A stretch of DNA of 64,000 nt, taken from the NCBI GenBank assembly GCA_030428185.1, contig JAUICE010000002.1:14000-77999 (forward strand). The letters run 5' to 3'. The notes below the pieces were generated by a model that was not told the DNA's origin, did no database searches, and saw only the letters and a list, made by a program, of their open reading frames with translations. The position numbers and the translations under genes were made by a program. The DNA is from Gammaproteobacteria bacterium. Lineage in GTDB: Bacteria; Pseudomonadota; Gammaproteobacteria; Legionellales; Legionellaceae. Positions 1 to 10,471 of this stretch are shown here, piece by piece. Position 1 is the stretch's first letter. Each line of letters opens with the position of its first letter.

Positions 1-1409
1 GGAGAAAACAATCTTCCTTCTTGAGCTTGTAATGAGAATACTGGTAAAAAGCTCAATGTGATAATAAGCAATGAAAAAAACAGAGAAGGGCCAACTTCTG
101 ACGCAGCCTTTAGAATAACTTGCCAGCGCTCTTTCCCTTCAACATTTTTCTTTTCAAGATGCTTATGGGCATTTTCTATCATCACTATGGCAGCATCAAC
201 CATCGCACCGATAGCAATTGCTATCCCGCCTAGAGACATAATATTTGCATTAACACCCATTGCATACATGATCATAAAGGCGCCAATAACACCTAAAAGT
301 AAGGAAAAAACAATAATAAGCGCTGAGCGAAAGTGAAATAAAAAGATAAAGCAAATAAGTATGACAACGGTAATTTCTTCAATGAGCTTTTCTTTTAAAT
401 TGATAATTGCGCGCTTAATAAGTGAAGAGCGATCATATGTTGGAACTATTTCCACACCCTTGGGAAGAGACTTAGCTAAAATTTTAAGTTTTTCTTTTAC
501 TTTTTTTATGACATCAAGCGCATTTTCTCCTTGTCGCATGACAACCACACCACCTACGGCCTCCCCTTTTCCGTCTAGCTCAGCCAGCCCTCTTCGCATT
601 TGAGGACCAAGACGAATATTTGCGACATTTTTTAACAAAATTGGTGTACCTTTACTCGTTACACCGAGCGGAATACTTTCAAAATCCGCTTTATTCTTAA
701 GATAACCTTTAGCACGTACCATATATTCAGCTTCAGCCATCTCAACAACTGAGCCCCCGACCTCTTTATTCGCTTTATCTATTGCCATCTTCACCTTCGA
801 TAAAGTCAGATGGTAGGCTTTGAGTTTTGTTGGTGATAATACGATTTGATATTGCTTAACCATTCCTCCAATCGTAGCTACTTCAGAAACGCCTGGAACC
901 GTTTGCAACTCATATTTTAAAAACCAGTTCTGTATGCTAGTCAGCTCCGCCAAATCATATTTATGGCTCTTGTCTATTAATGCATACTCATAGACCCAGC
1001 CGACCCCCGTCGCATCTGGACCAAGCTCAGGTTTAGCCTCAGCTGGCAATTTGCTTGATACTTGACTTAAATATTCAAGCACTCTTGAACGTGCCCAGTA
1101 TGGATCAGTGCCATCTGCAAAAAGCACATAGACATACGAATCACCAAAAAAAGAGTATGCCCTAACATTTGTCGCCCCAGGAACTGATAACATACTGCTA
1201 GCAAGTGGGTAGGTTACTTGATCTTCAACTACTTGTGGCGCTTGACCGGGATAGCTTGTTTTGATGATCACTTGAACATCAGATAAATCAGGCAACGCAT
1301 CCACTGGCGTATTTTTAAGGATAATGAGTCCCGTTATAAACAGAAAAAAGCTTACAATAATAACTAAAACACGATTATTGATAGAGGTTTCAATTATCTT
1401 TTCAATCAT
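1..1409 (-). CDS. cusA: CusA-type heavy-metal (Cu/Ag) RND efflux pump, N-terminal about 470 aa; the ORF continues past the left window edge
   Basis: Absent from the ORF track because it is open-ended. My translation from ATG 1409..1407 reads [69 protein letters not shown]...[15 protein letters not shown]...[30 protein letters not shown]. This tracks the E. coli CusA N-terminus motif for motif. The start overlaps the cusB stop (ATGATTGA). Confidence 0.92.
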   Translation of the reverse strand, partial: MIEKIIETSINNRVLVIIVSFFLFITGLIILKNTPVDALPDLSDVQVIIKTSYPGQAPQVVEDQVTYPLASSMLSVPGATNVRAYSFFGDSYVYVLFADGTDPYWARSRVLEYLSQVSSKLPAEAKPELGPDATGVGWVYEYALIDKSHKYDLAELTSIQNWFLKYELQTVPGVSEVATIGGMVKQYQIVLSPTKLKAYHLTLSKVKMAIDKANKEVGGSVVEMAEAEYMVRAKGYLKNKADFESIPLGVTSKGTPILLKNVANIRLGPQMRRGLAELDGKGEAVGGVVVMRQGENALDVIKKVKEKLKILAKSLPKGVEIVPTYDRSSLIKRAIINLKEKLIEEITVVILICFIFLFHFRSALIIVFSLLLGVIGAFMIMYAMGVNANIMSLGGIAIAIGAMVDAAIVMIENAHKHLEKKNVEGKERWQVILKAASEVGPSLFFSLLIITLSFLPVFSLQAQEGRLFS

Positions 1410-2856
1410 TTTTCGCCTCTTTCTGAACACTTATATGATAAATAATATAAGAGCCTCTTTGGTTTTCTTTTAACAAGAAAGTAACTTTGTCACCAATATT
1501 AAAATTTTTAAAAGAAACGTTTTTATCAATAGGAAACTTCATGACCATCGATGGCATGTTGATGTGTGGTATCGGTTCGTGATCTAAAGTTATCGTTTGT
1601 TTTTTCTCATCAATCGCTAAAATTTTTCCACTTCCAATTATTTCACGCACTGTTACCCTTTTTTTCATATGGTGACTAATTCGTCTTAAACTCTGTTGCA
1701 CGTTTGATTCAGAATCAATCAAGAACTGTCCGCTAGCAACAATTTTTTGTCCTTCTTTTAGCCCTCGCTGAATTTGAACCCAATTATCCATAGCATGGCC
1801 AGTGATAACTTCCTGTGCATAAAAATAATTATTTTTTCCTGACACAATGACATGATTAATACGATTATTTTGAATAACAGCGCTAGAAGGAATAGCTAGG
1901 ATATTTCTTAGGGGGTTCGCATAAATGCTTATATCCGCAAACATGTTAGGCTTTAACAGTAAATCAGGATTTGGAAACTCTAGGCGAACTTTTAACGTCC
2001 TAGTTTGAGGGCTTAGCTCTGGATAAATAAATGTCACTTCACCTAGCCACTCCTTGTTTGGGTAGGTGTTAAATGTTGCCAAGCTTTTCTGGCCCAGCTT
2101 CACAATAGCGGCATCTTTATCATAAACTTCAGCATCAATCCAAATATGAGACAAATCCGTTATCATTAGTAATGTTTGAGCAGGCTTAATATAAGCTCCA
2201 TCTCTAATTGATAAACTTGAAACAATACCATCAACCTCAGCGTATACCTTTAAAGTCCGGTGCGTTTTCATTTGTTTTTTTAGTAAGTTAATTTGAACAT
2301 CAGACATGCCCAGTGTTTTTAATTTTTTCTCACTGGGTTTGATTAGAGATGGATTGTTTTTAACTGCCAACAAATATTCCTGTTGTGCGCTTATCAGGGT
2401 GGGCGAATAAATTTCAAAGAGTAACTGACCCTTTTTAACAGCTTCTCCATTGGAGCTTACTCTTAAGTTTCTTATCCAACCATCGACATAGCTATTAACC
2501 TTATCAATCGCCTTTTCATCAGCAGTGACATAGCCGACTGTCTCTATTTTTTGGGATAGAGTTTTTCTCTCCACCATTGCTGTTTTGATTGAAATGTTGT
2601 TTTGGACTGTTGGGCTGATCATCATGCCATGTTGATGTCCATCTTGATTATTAACATCGGCATAAACAGGGACTAAGTCCATACCCATTGGAGACTTTCC
2701 AGGCTTATCCCTTCGGTAATTTTGATCCATTGGAGCAACCCAGTAGAGAATTTTACGCTCAGTTTTTTTTGCCGAAGGTATAAAATGTTTTGCCAGAGAA
2801 AATCCAATGAGCATCCCAACTAATAAAACAGCAATGTTTCTAATCACTACCCTCAT
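1402..2856 (-). CDS. cusB: CusB-type periplasmic adaptor (membrane fusion protein) with a fused C-terminal CusF-like metallochaperone domain
   Basis: The N-terminal region [28 protein letters not shown] resembles E. coli CusB YWYDPMYPNTRFDKPGKSPFMDMDLVP. The C-terminal 80 aa ([30 protein letters not shown]...GDKVTF) resembles the CusF metal site (IHHDPIAAVNWPEMTMRF). Confidence 0.88.
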   Translation of the reverse strand: MRVVIRNIAVLLVGMLIGFSLAKHFIPSAKKTERKILYWVAPMDQNYRRDKPGKSPMGMDLVPVYADVNNQDGHQHGMMISPTVQNNISIKTAMVERKTLSQKIETVGYVTADEKAIDKVNSYVDGWIRNLRVSSNGEAVKKGQLLFEIYSPTLISAQQEYLLAVKNNPSLIKPSEKKLKTLGMSDVQINLLKKQMKTHRTLKVYAEVDGIVSSLSIRDGAYIKPAQTLLMITDLSHIWIDAEVYDKDAAIVKLGQKSLATFNTYPNKEWLGEVTFIYPELSPQTRTLKVRLEFPNPDLLLKPNMFADISIYANPLRNILAIPSSAVIQNNRINHVIVSGKNNYFYAQEVITGHAMDNWVQIQRGLKEGQKIVASGQFLIDSESNVQQSLRRISHHMKKRVTVREIIGSGKILAIDEKKQTITLDHEPIPHINMPSMVMKFPIDKNVSFKNFNIGDKVTFLLKENQRGSYIIYHISVQKEAKND

Positions 2857-2857
2857 A

Positions 2858-4087
2858 CTATCTCCCGTTTAAATAGAGAAGGTTTATTTTCTGCTTTGCC
2901 TGCATTAAACGAAGCTGCTCTTTTTTTATCTCAAGCCGATAAAGTTCAAGATAACTATCTGCTAACGTTGGAAAATCAAGTTTCGCATTTTGATAGGCAA
3001 TCAGACTAGCCTCCGCGTAACTTCTTGCTTTAGGCAAAACTTGAGTTCGGTAGATATGGACTTTATCGCGAAAAGATAACCACTCTACATAGGAGTCATT
3101 TAAAAGCTCCGTTAACAAATTTAGATCTGATTTTTTTTGGTATTGGGCTGACAAGTGCTCAGAGAGCGCCGCTTGATAGTTTTGACTTTGCTTATTTTTA
3201 GTATTAACTGGTAGTGAAAGACCAATCCCAATTGAGGCAAAATCAGCCCGTTTCCGCCCATCTGGCATGCTCCGACGATATCCGTAGCCAGCACTAAAAG
3301 ATAGCCCAGGCTTAAAATCTTCTTTCATCAGCATTGACTTAGCTTTATACAGTCGCGTCATATCAATGTCACGTTTTATAAGAGGGTGTGAGTATAAGTT
3401 TCGGTGTTGTTGCTTTAATGATGGCAATTTATATAACCAAGGCATACTTTTAGGATGGGTTTTCTTTGCTGTTGATTGGCCCAACCATCTAGCAAGGCTA
3501 GCCGTTGTTGCTTGATATGCCCTTTGAGCATTCACTATCTGCTCTTGCACTTTTGACAGCTGCATTCTTGCGTTTAAAACATCTTTTTGCTGAGCTTTAT
3601 TGTTTTCATAAAGTGATTGAGTTACCTCAGCCAAATGTTTAAATGTTGCACGTTGCTTTAGTAAAATCCATCTAGCTTGACGCCAATAAAATCGTTCGAC
3701 CCAGGCATTACGCAAATTCTTTAAAATATCTAACTGCTTCAGTGCGTGTTTCGAATAGGCTGCATGGGCTTTAATAGATTCAATATCATGTTTAAACTTT
3801 AAACTTTTTCCTTTTGGTAGCACCTGCTTCAGACTAGCTTTTAGCTGAGTCATGTTTTCTTGATTCAATCGAAAAGTATCTGTGGGCAAGTTCATCGCGC
3901 CAATTTCAAGCATAGGGTCCATCCATTGGGATTTGCCGATTGCTAAATACTGGTGAACACTTTGAACAACTGTTAGCTTCCTAAGCTCGGGAGCATTCTG
4001 TAAAGCAATAATCTCTGCTTGTTTAAGTGTTAGCGCATTAACATGAAAACATAAGAGGGTAAAAAATAAGCATGTAAGCCGTATCAA
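2858..4087 (-). CDS. cusC: Outer-membrane efflux factor (TolC/CusC family)
   Basis: 409 aa with a signal peptide and a coiled, Q/L-rich two-repeat OMF-like sequence. It sits immediately upstream of cusB and cusA in one operon (a 1-nt gap to the cusB start). Confidence 0.8.
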   Translation of the reverse strand: MIRLTCLFFTLLCFHVNALTLKQAEIIALQNAPELRKLTVVQSVHQYLAIGKSQWMDPMLEIGAMNLPTDTFRLNQENMTQLKASLKQVLPKGKSLKFKHDIESIKAHAAYSKHALKQLDILKNLRNAWVERFYWRQARWILLKQRATFKHLAEVTQSLYENNKAQQKDVLNARMQLSKVQEQIVNAQRAYQATTASLARWLGQSTAKKTHPKSMPWLYKLPSLKQQHRNLYSHPLIKRDIDMTRLYKAKSMLMKEDFKPGLSFSAGYGYRRSMPDGRKRADFASIGIGLSLPVNTKNKQSQNYQAALSEHLSAQYQKKSDLNLLTELLNDSYVEWLSFRDKVHIYRTQVLPKARSYAEASLIAYQNAKLDFPTLADSYLELYRLEIKKEQLRLMQAKQKINLLYLNGR

Positions 4088-4172
4088 TGCTAAGCACCTC
4101 TAGTAATGAGTAAAGTAACATTATGAAATATTTAAAAAGAGATTAATATAGGCAGGGAGAGGAAATCAGAAT

Positions 4173-5735
4173 CTAGAAACTATGTATCTTTTTTGCGCGA
4201 ACTGGATTTATACCCGCTTTAAGGACCAAAGCCTCTCTAAAACCCATCTGCATAATTTTTTCTGGCCGCATCAAAGGGACAGAATGAAGATGCGAGCTAT
4301 TAGTACGACTATTTCCTCGATGTTGCACAGAGTAACTGTTATTAACTATCCGCTCTGTACGATTCCCTAAAAGCTTAGAAATAAATTCTGCATCTTGATA
4401 ATCATCGGTCGCAAAAGCAATTATGGTTTTAATGTTAGTAAATGCTTTAGCCTCACTTTCACTGTAATGCTCTTTTGCTTGAGATAGATATTGCATCATC
4501 AAAAGGCATCTTACGCGATATTCACGAAGGAGTTTTAACGAGCGTCTAAGACGCTCAATGCGTCCAAGCGATGCAAACTCATCAATGAGGCATAATAATG
4601 GATACGGCTCTACTGCTAAGTCAGGCACCTTTTGTATCATACTAGAAATTAACTGTTGCCAAAAACAATTGATAATTGGTGCTAAGCGCTCCATATCATC
4701 ATCACTAAAGCCAATGTAAATCGTCATTTTTTCTTTTCTGAGCTTTGTAATATCAAAATCTGTTTTAGAGGTCGCTTTATCAACAATTGGGTCATCGAAT
4801 AACTCAAAGTAACCCGAAAACGTTTCTAGAATGGATGCCCGTGTTTTTTCATGGTTTTGATGATAGGAAAAGCCATTCTCATAAAAAGACTTGTCTAAAT
4901 GATTGGTTTCTTCTAATTGTTTAAATAGCCAAGCATCAAAACCTTCTTGTTTAATCATACGATTAATTTCACCAAGCGTTGTTGGCCTTTCTGGTGTATC
5001 TAAAAGAAATAGCACCAGCGTTTTAAAAAGCTTGCGGCTTGCTTGTGTCCATATTGGGTCGCCTTTACTGTCTGGAATAAAAATATGCGCTAAACGCTGA
5101 ATATCACGAATACGCTTATGTTTATCATCTGATATGAGTGACAGCGGGTTAAAGCAATGAGTCTCATCTTGTGCTGGCGCCCAAATATAAGTTTTATGGC
5201 CAAAATATCTTTGGCGGTATTTAGCCGTTTGCTGGTATAGCGTCAATTTCACATCATTACATACAACAGAATAGGGAAAGTGAAGTAAATTTGGTATGGC
5301 TATCGAGCGAGTCTTACCACTACCCGTTGGCGCAAAGCACAATACATGCTCAAAGCCATTGACATACAAAGGCAGGCTATATTTTTTACCAACGACTAAG
5401 CTTTCTGGCGCTTTTTTAAAAAAGCCTGCCTTAATGATTTCAAAAAGGTTGGCAAAATGTGCATTACCTAAGGCTTTGCTAGAATTATTTCCTATCTGCT
5501 GGTATAGCCATAACGATAATGGTGCTGCTAGCACAATCAACTGCGATTTTAAAAGTGTTGTTAGACTTTCTTTATCTTTAAAAAACTCAGGCAACCAATT
5601 GAGCCACGTGAGATAGGCTATTTTTTTATAATCACTAAAATAGAAAAACAGCCTAAAGACAAAATAGCTATCGACAATTAAAAGCAAAAGTACTGAAACG
5701 CAAAAAAAAGCAATTAAGCGCCTAGGCAACCCCAC
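4173..5735 (-). CDS. virD4: Type IV coupling protein VirD4/TraG
   Basis: N-terminal TM segments, Walker A FAPTGSGKT, a TraG/VirD4-like layout, and the last position in the virB operon. The apparent start is GTG at 5735. Confidence 0.9.
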   Translation of the reverse strand: MGLPRRLIAFFCVSVLLLLIVDSYFVFRLFFYFSDYKKIAYLTWLNWLPEFFKDKESLTTLLKSQLIVLAAPLSLWLYQQIGNNSSKALGNAHFANLFEIIKAGFFKKAPESLVVGKKYSLPLYVNGFEHVLCFAPTGSGKTRSIAIPNLLHFPYSVVCNDVKLTLYQQTAKYRQRYFGHKTYIWAPAQDETHCFNPLSLISDDKHKRIRDIQRLAHIFIPDSKGDPIWTQASRKLFKTLVLFLLDTPERPTTLGEINRMIKQEGFDAWLFKQLEETNHLDKSFYENGFSYHQNHEKTRASILETFSGYFELFDDPIVDKATSKTDFDITKLRKEKMTIYIGFSDDDMERLAPIINCFWQQLISSMIQKVPDLAVEPYPLLCLIDEFASLGRIERLRRSLKLLREYRVRCLLMMQYLSQAKEHYSESEAKAFTNIKTIIAFATDDYQDAEFISKLLGNRTERIVNNSYSVQHRGNSRTNSSHLHSVPLMRPEKIMQMGFREALVLKAGINPVRAKKIHSF

Positions 5736-5743
5736 TAAGCCGC

Positions 5744-6736
5744 CTATTTATAGTAAATAGCACTGATATAACGCTTGTTGCCCGCTCGCTCTAATTGCAC
5801 GATAACATCAATGACATCGAGGATTTCTTTTTTAATTTCACTATCTGTCATACTGGGCAAGTTATTTTGCTTATAAAGCTGGGTCATACGGGTAATAACT
5901 CCCTTAGGATTGTTGGCATGAATAGTTGCCATGGCGCCACTGTGGCCTGTTTGGCAGCTTGCAATAAAATCCAAGACTTCAGGGCCGCGTATCTCACCCA
6001 TCAGTATCCTATCAGGTCGCAAACGCAATATGCAGCGCAGTAAATCTTGCATGGCGTAATTGACTTTATCATTTTGGGATAGAAGCGAGACTTTATTCAG
6101 TTGAGAAATAGATAACTCAAAGGTGTCTTCAAGCGTAATAATACGCTCTTGACTGGGAATGCTTGCAAGACAGGCGTTTAACAGTGATGTCTTGCCACTA
6201 CTGGTCGCGCCACTAATGATGATATTTTTCTTTAAAAATATCGCTTTTTCTAAAAACGCCATCCATAGCTTTTTTTGATATAGTGATAGTAACTCTTTTT
6301 CTGATGTTTGGCTCATCACATCACCATCAATTAGAGAGCACGACTTTACTTCTTTATAAAAACCCTGCTGATTTAAATCTGATAGTGTCAGTTTATGCTT
6401 GGTTTGTTTTCTGATTGATAAAGTATAATCCTTTGCAGCGGGCGGCATGACTAATTGGACGCGCATATCGTCATAAATATTGCCTGATAAAATAGGATTG
6501 TCCTCACTAATCACCTTGCCATTCTCATTGGCGATAAAGGTAAACAGTCTTTTCAGATAAAGCGCTGTAATATCCGAAATGAAATATTGAGTCATGACGC
6601 CCGCTTTTTCCACCCAAACTTCACCAGGCTTATTGATTAAAATCTCAGAGACTTCGTTATCATTAAGCCAAGGTTCAAGTATGCTTAAAAGCCCATCACT
6701 ACCCGGCTTATACTTCTTCTTTTCAGGCGCTATCAT
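5744..6736 (-). CDS. virB11: VirB11 secretion ATPase
   Basis: Walker A ISGATSSGKTSLLNA and the RLRPDRILMGEIRG motif typical of VirB11/PulE ATPases. The track ORF starts at 6772. ATG 6736 (MIAPEKKK) overlaps the virB10 stop by 14 nt and is the more likely start. Confidence 0.9.
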   Translation of the reverse strand: MIAPEKKKYKPGSDGLLSILEPWLNDNEVSEILINKPGEVWVEKAGVMTQYFISDITALYLKRLFTFIANENGKVISEDNPILSGNIYDDMRVQLVMPPAAKDYTLSIRKQTKHKLTLSDLNQQGFYKEVKSCSLIDGDVMSQTSEKELLSLYQKKLWMAFLEKAIFLKKNIIISGATSSGKTSLLNACLASIPSQERIITLEDTFELSISQLNKVSLLSQNDKVNYAMQDLLRCILRLRPDRILMGEIRGPEVLDFIASCQTGHSGAMATIHANNPKGVITRMTQLYKQNNLPSMTDSEIKKEILDVIDVIVQLERAGNKRYISAIYYK

Positions 6737-7823
6737 GCAATACACCGTAAAAGTCGATATCTTGAGCAACAAATATGTGTATTGACTCGCCTTGATGGAT
6801 AAGAAGTGTTGGCTTTAGCTCAGTTTGTCGTGATAGGTCTTGGCTAGACTGCTGGTAAAAGCTTTGCTTTAAAAGGCTTGGATAAGATGGCTGCATGGTG
6901 TTTGTCATATGGTTAACGTCTCCATAAACACCTAGCACTGAAAGCAAGCTGCTGGCACTAAAGCGCGCTAAAAAATGATGATTGATGCTGTTGGCAGCAA
7001 GGCCTGAGCGGCCCATGCTATCTGTGCTAGGAGAATTGATATTGGCTATCGTGCCATCAGGTAACAAAATACGTTGCCAAATGATTAATGCTCGACTTTG
7101 GCCATCTTTAATTTGCGCACTAAATTGGCCTATCGCCTCACTCCCCTTTGGAATAAGCAGCTTGCTCCCGGTTAAAGAATAAACATCGCGTGAAAGGATA
7201 GCTTTTACCATACCAGGCAATTCTGAGCTAATGGCTATTTCAAGGGTTGCCGCTATCATCTCGCCTGCGACAATTGTAAAATCAGGATGGGGAAGTTTGG
7301 ATGCACTCACGTTTAAAATACTGCTCCCATGATTTAAAAACGCGTTATCCTCGCCTTCCCTAAATAATCCTTGCTGTTGATTTGTTTTTTGAGTGGTTGC
7401 TTTTTTTGTAGGCTCACCTTGAAACGTATAAAGCGTCATGGGTGCATTCATGCGCAACTTCGCTTCTTTGGTTAAAACTGAATACCCTGGTTTGTTGGAT
7501 GCTTTACTGTGCTTAGGATTTAAATTATTTTCAGACAGTTTGCTTTTAACTTTAGAATCACCTTTAACCTCTTTTAAAGATTCCAACACCTCGAGGTTTT
7601 GCTTTAAATCACCACTAAGCACCCCACGATGAAAACTACCTGTAGATTTTGCCTCTCGATTATGGTGAGGGAAAAACATCATCAAGAATAAAAAAAGACA
7701 AAGTCCAATAACGATAGCAAATGCGCCTTTTTCAATGGTTTTATCTAAAAGACTGCCGACTTTAATTTTACGGGTGGCAAATACTACTTCACGCATGGCA
7801 TCAAACTGACTACGTTTTGGCAT
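6723..7823 (-). CDS. virB10: VirB10 inner-to-outer-membrane channel protein
   Basis: One N-terminal TM segment, a low-complexity linker, and a C-terminal TrbI/VirB10 domain (GTIANINSPSTDSMGRSGL...). The likely start is ATG 7823, preceded by AGGAGG. The track extension to 7874 overlaps virB9. Confidence 0.9.
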   Translation of the reverse strand: MPKRSQFDAMREVVFATRKIKVGSLLDKTIEKGAFAIVIGLCLFLFLMMFFPHHNREAKSTGSFHRGVLSGDLKQNLEVLESLKEVKGDSKVKSKLSENNLNPKHSKASNKPGYSVLTKEAKLRMNAPMTLYTFQGEPTKKATTQKTNQQQGLFREGEDNAFLNHGSSILNVSASKLPHPDFTIVAGEMIAATLEIAISSELPGMVKAILSRDVYSLTGSKLLIPKGSEAIGQFSAQIKDGQSRALIIWQRILLPDGTIANINSPSTDSMGRSGLAANSINHHFLARFSASSLLSVLGVYGDVNHMTNTMQPSYPSLLKQSFYQQSSQDLSRQTELKPTLLIHQGESIHIFVAQDIDFYGVLHDSA

Positions 7824-7824
7824 G

Positions 7825-8601
7825 TTACCTCCTTGTTTGATGTATGGCTTTTTTATTAAATACCGATGCCGCACGCTTTGAACCCTCTCTTAGGGTAAAT
7901 TGTGGCGCTGTAAAATGCGCGACCAAGTAATTACCTTGTCTTCGTAAGTTAACCACTGATTCGCAGCCAGACTTATCTGAGATGGCGAATACTGCAGGGA
8001 CTGATTGATTGGGCCTTAATTCAAAATAAGTGAATCGTCCATCATCAAAGACATGTAAGGGCATGACTTGTTTGTTTCCTGAAAAGCTATACTGCCAATT
8101 ATAATTTCGTGGGTTTTGAGGGGCGCTCACAAGAGAGCTCTTACGCTCATGTGCGAGCTTTAGCTTCCTATTCAGCTTTTTCTTCTCATCTAGTGGATAG
8201 ATAAATTTCACTGCGTAGGTTTGTTTGTTTTCATTGCTTAGCTCCTTTGAGGAGTTTAAATCAAAATAGTAAGTGTGCTTATTAGTGACAATAGTAAGAT
8301 TTGCCTTTAATCCCAAACTGGTTGGTTTGATAAAAAGCATATTAGCTAGGGTTTCCTGATGACTTATCATCCAGCTACTACTATCTCCTCCTTCAATGTC
8401 TTGAATGACTTCATCTTGAGAAAAAATAAGCTGTGTCGTGGTAAAGGGGCTACCTTTAATAGCGACAACATTATTTTCTTGAAAAGCCACTTGTTTGATT
8501 CGACTATCTGTTGCAAATGATAGCGGCGTTTGCTTGGCATAAGCATTCACTATAAAAACTGAAAGCAACCCCAAACCTATTTGTTTTATTCTCATTATCA
8601 C
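7825..8601 (-). CDS. virB9: VirB9 outer-membrane core-complex protein
   Basis: A signal peptide and the CagX/VirB9 family pattern (FIKPTSLGLKANLTIVTNKHTYYFDL; YSFSGN...PLHVFDDGRFTYFEL). Its position between B8 and B10 agrees. Confidence 0.9.
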   Translation of the reverse strand: MIMRIKQIGLGLLSVFIVNAYAKQTPLSFATDSRIKQVAFQENNVVAIKGSPFTTTQLIFSQDEVIQDIEGGDSSSWMISHQETLANMLFIKPTSLGLKANLTIVTNKHTYYFDLNSSKELSNENKQTYAVKFIYPLDEKKKLNRKLKLAHERKSSLVSAPQNPRNYNWQYSFSGNKQVMPLHVFDDGRFTYFELRPNQSVPAVFAISDKSGCESVVNLRRQGNYLVAHFTAPQFTLREGSKRAASVFNKKAIHQTRR

Positions 8602-8695
8602 TCCTTTTTTAAACTTGTGCCTTTTATCGATATAGGGCTGCTATCTTGGCTTTAGACAAGTCATTGCAACGCCGTATAAAGGCAAGAGAGTAGCG

Positions 8696-9406
8696 CTAGA
8701 CGTTGCGTTGCTGCGTGTCATATCTAGTCACCTCAAAGCCCGACCAATTGAGCCACCTATCGTTTGGCGATTTCGGCATACCGGTATAACGCCAAGCAAT
8801 CATCGCGGTTCTTGTTTGCTCTTTTATTTGATGAGTGAATTTATCAGTGTCGGTCATTTTAAAAACTACTTCAGCAAGATTGTGATGTGATTGCTCTTTG
8901 TCTTTATTGAGCGATTGATTTTCTAGAAAGTTAACGCTATAGACATGAACACTTCTGTCTGCTTTAACACCTAAGGTGTTAATCGGTGAATTAGGGTTAC
9001 GTTTATTATGTAAGTCGATGTATTGCCCCGCCACATAATCACTCGATAATAAATTAGTTAGCTGATATTGGTATTGATAAGAGCTAGCACTAAAACTCTC
9101 ACGGTTAATCACATAACGGACAATATCAGACTCGACTTGCTCAGGTGTCTTAGGCTCCGCATCATTTAAAGGCTCAACCGTTGTTAATCCATTATCATAA
9201 TGGTGAATAACCAACGGCACTAACGTTCGAATATTTGTGAGCACCAATACGGTAATCACCAATAAGCAATTAAAGCCTATAGACGCACCAAATCCTAGTC
9301 GATACCAAGAAAGCGTTACCTCACGATTGGCACGACATTCATCCGCCCAAGAGCGCGCATATTTAAATATGTTCTTTTTTTGCCTGTTAGTGCTGTCCGC
9401 TTGCAT
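8696..9406 (-). CDS. virB8: VirB8 bitopic inner-membrane assembly protein
   Basis: The real start is taken as ATG 9406..9404 (MQADSTNRQKK...), which forms TAATG with the virB6 stop. It has one TM segment (LGFGASIGFNCLLVITVLVL) followed by a VirB8 NTF2-like periplasmic domain. The 334-aa track ORF is an upstream extension through virB6. Confidence 0.85.
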   Translation of the reverse strand: MQADSTNRQKKNIFKYARSWADECRANREVTLSWYRLGFGASIGFNCLLVITVLVLTNIRTLVPLVIHHYDNGLTTVEPLNDAEPKTPEQVESDIVRYVINRESFSASSYQYQYQLTNLLSSDYVAGQYIDLHNKRNPNSPINTLGVKADRSVHVYSVNFLENQSLNKDKEQSHHNLAEVVFKMTDTDKFTHQIKEQTRTAMIAWRYTGMPKSPNDRWLNWSGFEVTRYDTQQRNV

Positions 9407-10467
9407 TAAAAACCTCCTTGCAAGTGATTTTTGATGGAAGAAAAATGTTGCTTGACACGCTCCATGCCACGATAAACGGCTTGTTGTGAGCCATATGGTG
9501 TTAAGGAGCTTGCGGCTCTTGCAGAGCCCGATAAAAGTTGCTTTGATGGCATTAAGGCTTTTGATTGACTGACCACACCTAAAGTGCTGCCAACAAATGC
9601 ACCAACCATGGCCGAGCCATGTCCTGTTGAGCAGGCGCCACCAATGGATTTTGCGATACGTGATGCTTCTAAGACCACCATCACACAAAGGGCTGCGCAA
9701 AATGATAACGGCACCCAGCTCACTAACTTGATACCCGCGGCTTTAGCCAGATAATGACCACCGATAGACCAGTGCACCAAGCTTAGTGCCAAGCCCACGA
9801 CACTAGAGACAAAAATTAAAACAAACGAGTAACCAACTAAATTGCCTAACCATCTGTCAAAAAAGCTTCTTGTATTATCAAATAAAGTAAAACTGATAAA
9901 TAATGGTGCGACACAATAACAAACCGTCATCATGAGCTTTGCTACCACGATTTCAAAAAAGGCAAGGCCTACCACTAAGCAACCAGCGATATAAATAACA
10001 AGAGAGGTAAACAATGGCCCTGGATTCATCAACGAGCCTTTAGCCCAAGTCCATGTGCCGACTCGTATCACTTCAATGAGCACTGACTGTAATCCGCCAT
10101 TAATCCCAGTGCCTGTAAAAATCGGTATGTCTAATGGATTGATTTGCATTAAGACGGCACCCAATTCACTCGATGCCTTATAGGTCAAATTGACGACAAA
10201 TTCAGAAAACATGCCCCAGTTCATCGCAAAGAGATAGACAAATGTGATGCGTAGTGCGACCTTGGTAAATTCATGCACCGGTGTTTTAACGATGCCTCGT
10301 GTAATTGCCAGCCCAGTCAATGCCATATATAAAACACACGCCAACCCTAATGGCTTCTCTAATAGATTTGCTAAGGTTTTATAACCATTTACCGTATAAG
10401 CATCGGTGATTAAATTAATCTGCGCAGTTAGCTTTAAAATAATGGTGGCGTATGTGGGTACTTGCAT
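9406..10467 (-). CDS. virB6: VirB6/TrbL polytopic inner-membrane protein
   Basis: Multiple TM helices and the position between B5 and B8. The start is taken as ATG 10467 (MQVPTYATIIL...) because the upstream part of the track ORF overlaps a better small lipoprotein gene in another frame. Confidence 0.8.
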   Translation of the reverse strand: MQVPTYATIILKLTAQINLITDAYTVNGYKTLANLLEKPLGLACVLYMALTGLAITRGIVKTPVHEFTKVALRITFVYLFAMNWGMFSEFVVNLTYKASSELGAVLMQINPLDIPIFTGTGINGGLQSVLIEVIRVGTWTWAKGSLMNPGPLFTSLVIYIAGCLVVGLAFFEIVVAKLMMTVCYCVAPLFISFTLFDNTRSFFDRWLGNLVGYSFVLIFVSSVVGLALSLVHWSIGGHYLAKAAGIKLVSWVPLSFCAALCVMVVLEASRIAKSIGGACSTGHGSAMVGAFVGSTLGVVSQSKALMPSKQLLSGSARAASSLTPYGSQQAVYRGMERVKQHFSSIKNHLQGGF

Positions 10468-10471
10468 GCGC

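Noticed and set aside
58-603. Two plus-strand track ORFs (58..336 and 361..603)
   Set aside because: They lie antisense within the clearly homologous cusA coding sequence. Their sequences are low-complexity hydrophobic mirror images of a membrane protein gene.
4088-4172. 85-bp gap between virD4 and cusC, considered as a module junction or att remnant
   Set aside because: It is too short and featureless: no repeat and no similarity to the tRNA 3' end. It is most simply an intergenic promoter/RBS region for cusC.
9407-9700. N-terminal 98-codon extension of the virB8 track ORF (8696..9700)
   Set aside because: It overlaps the virB6 3' end in another frame and is rich in W/C/R. The VirB8-like sequence begins at ATG 9406, which forms a TAATG junction with the virB6 stop.
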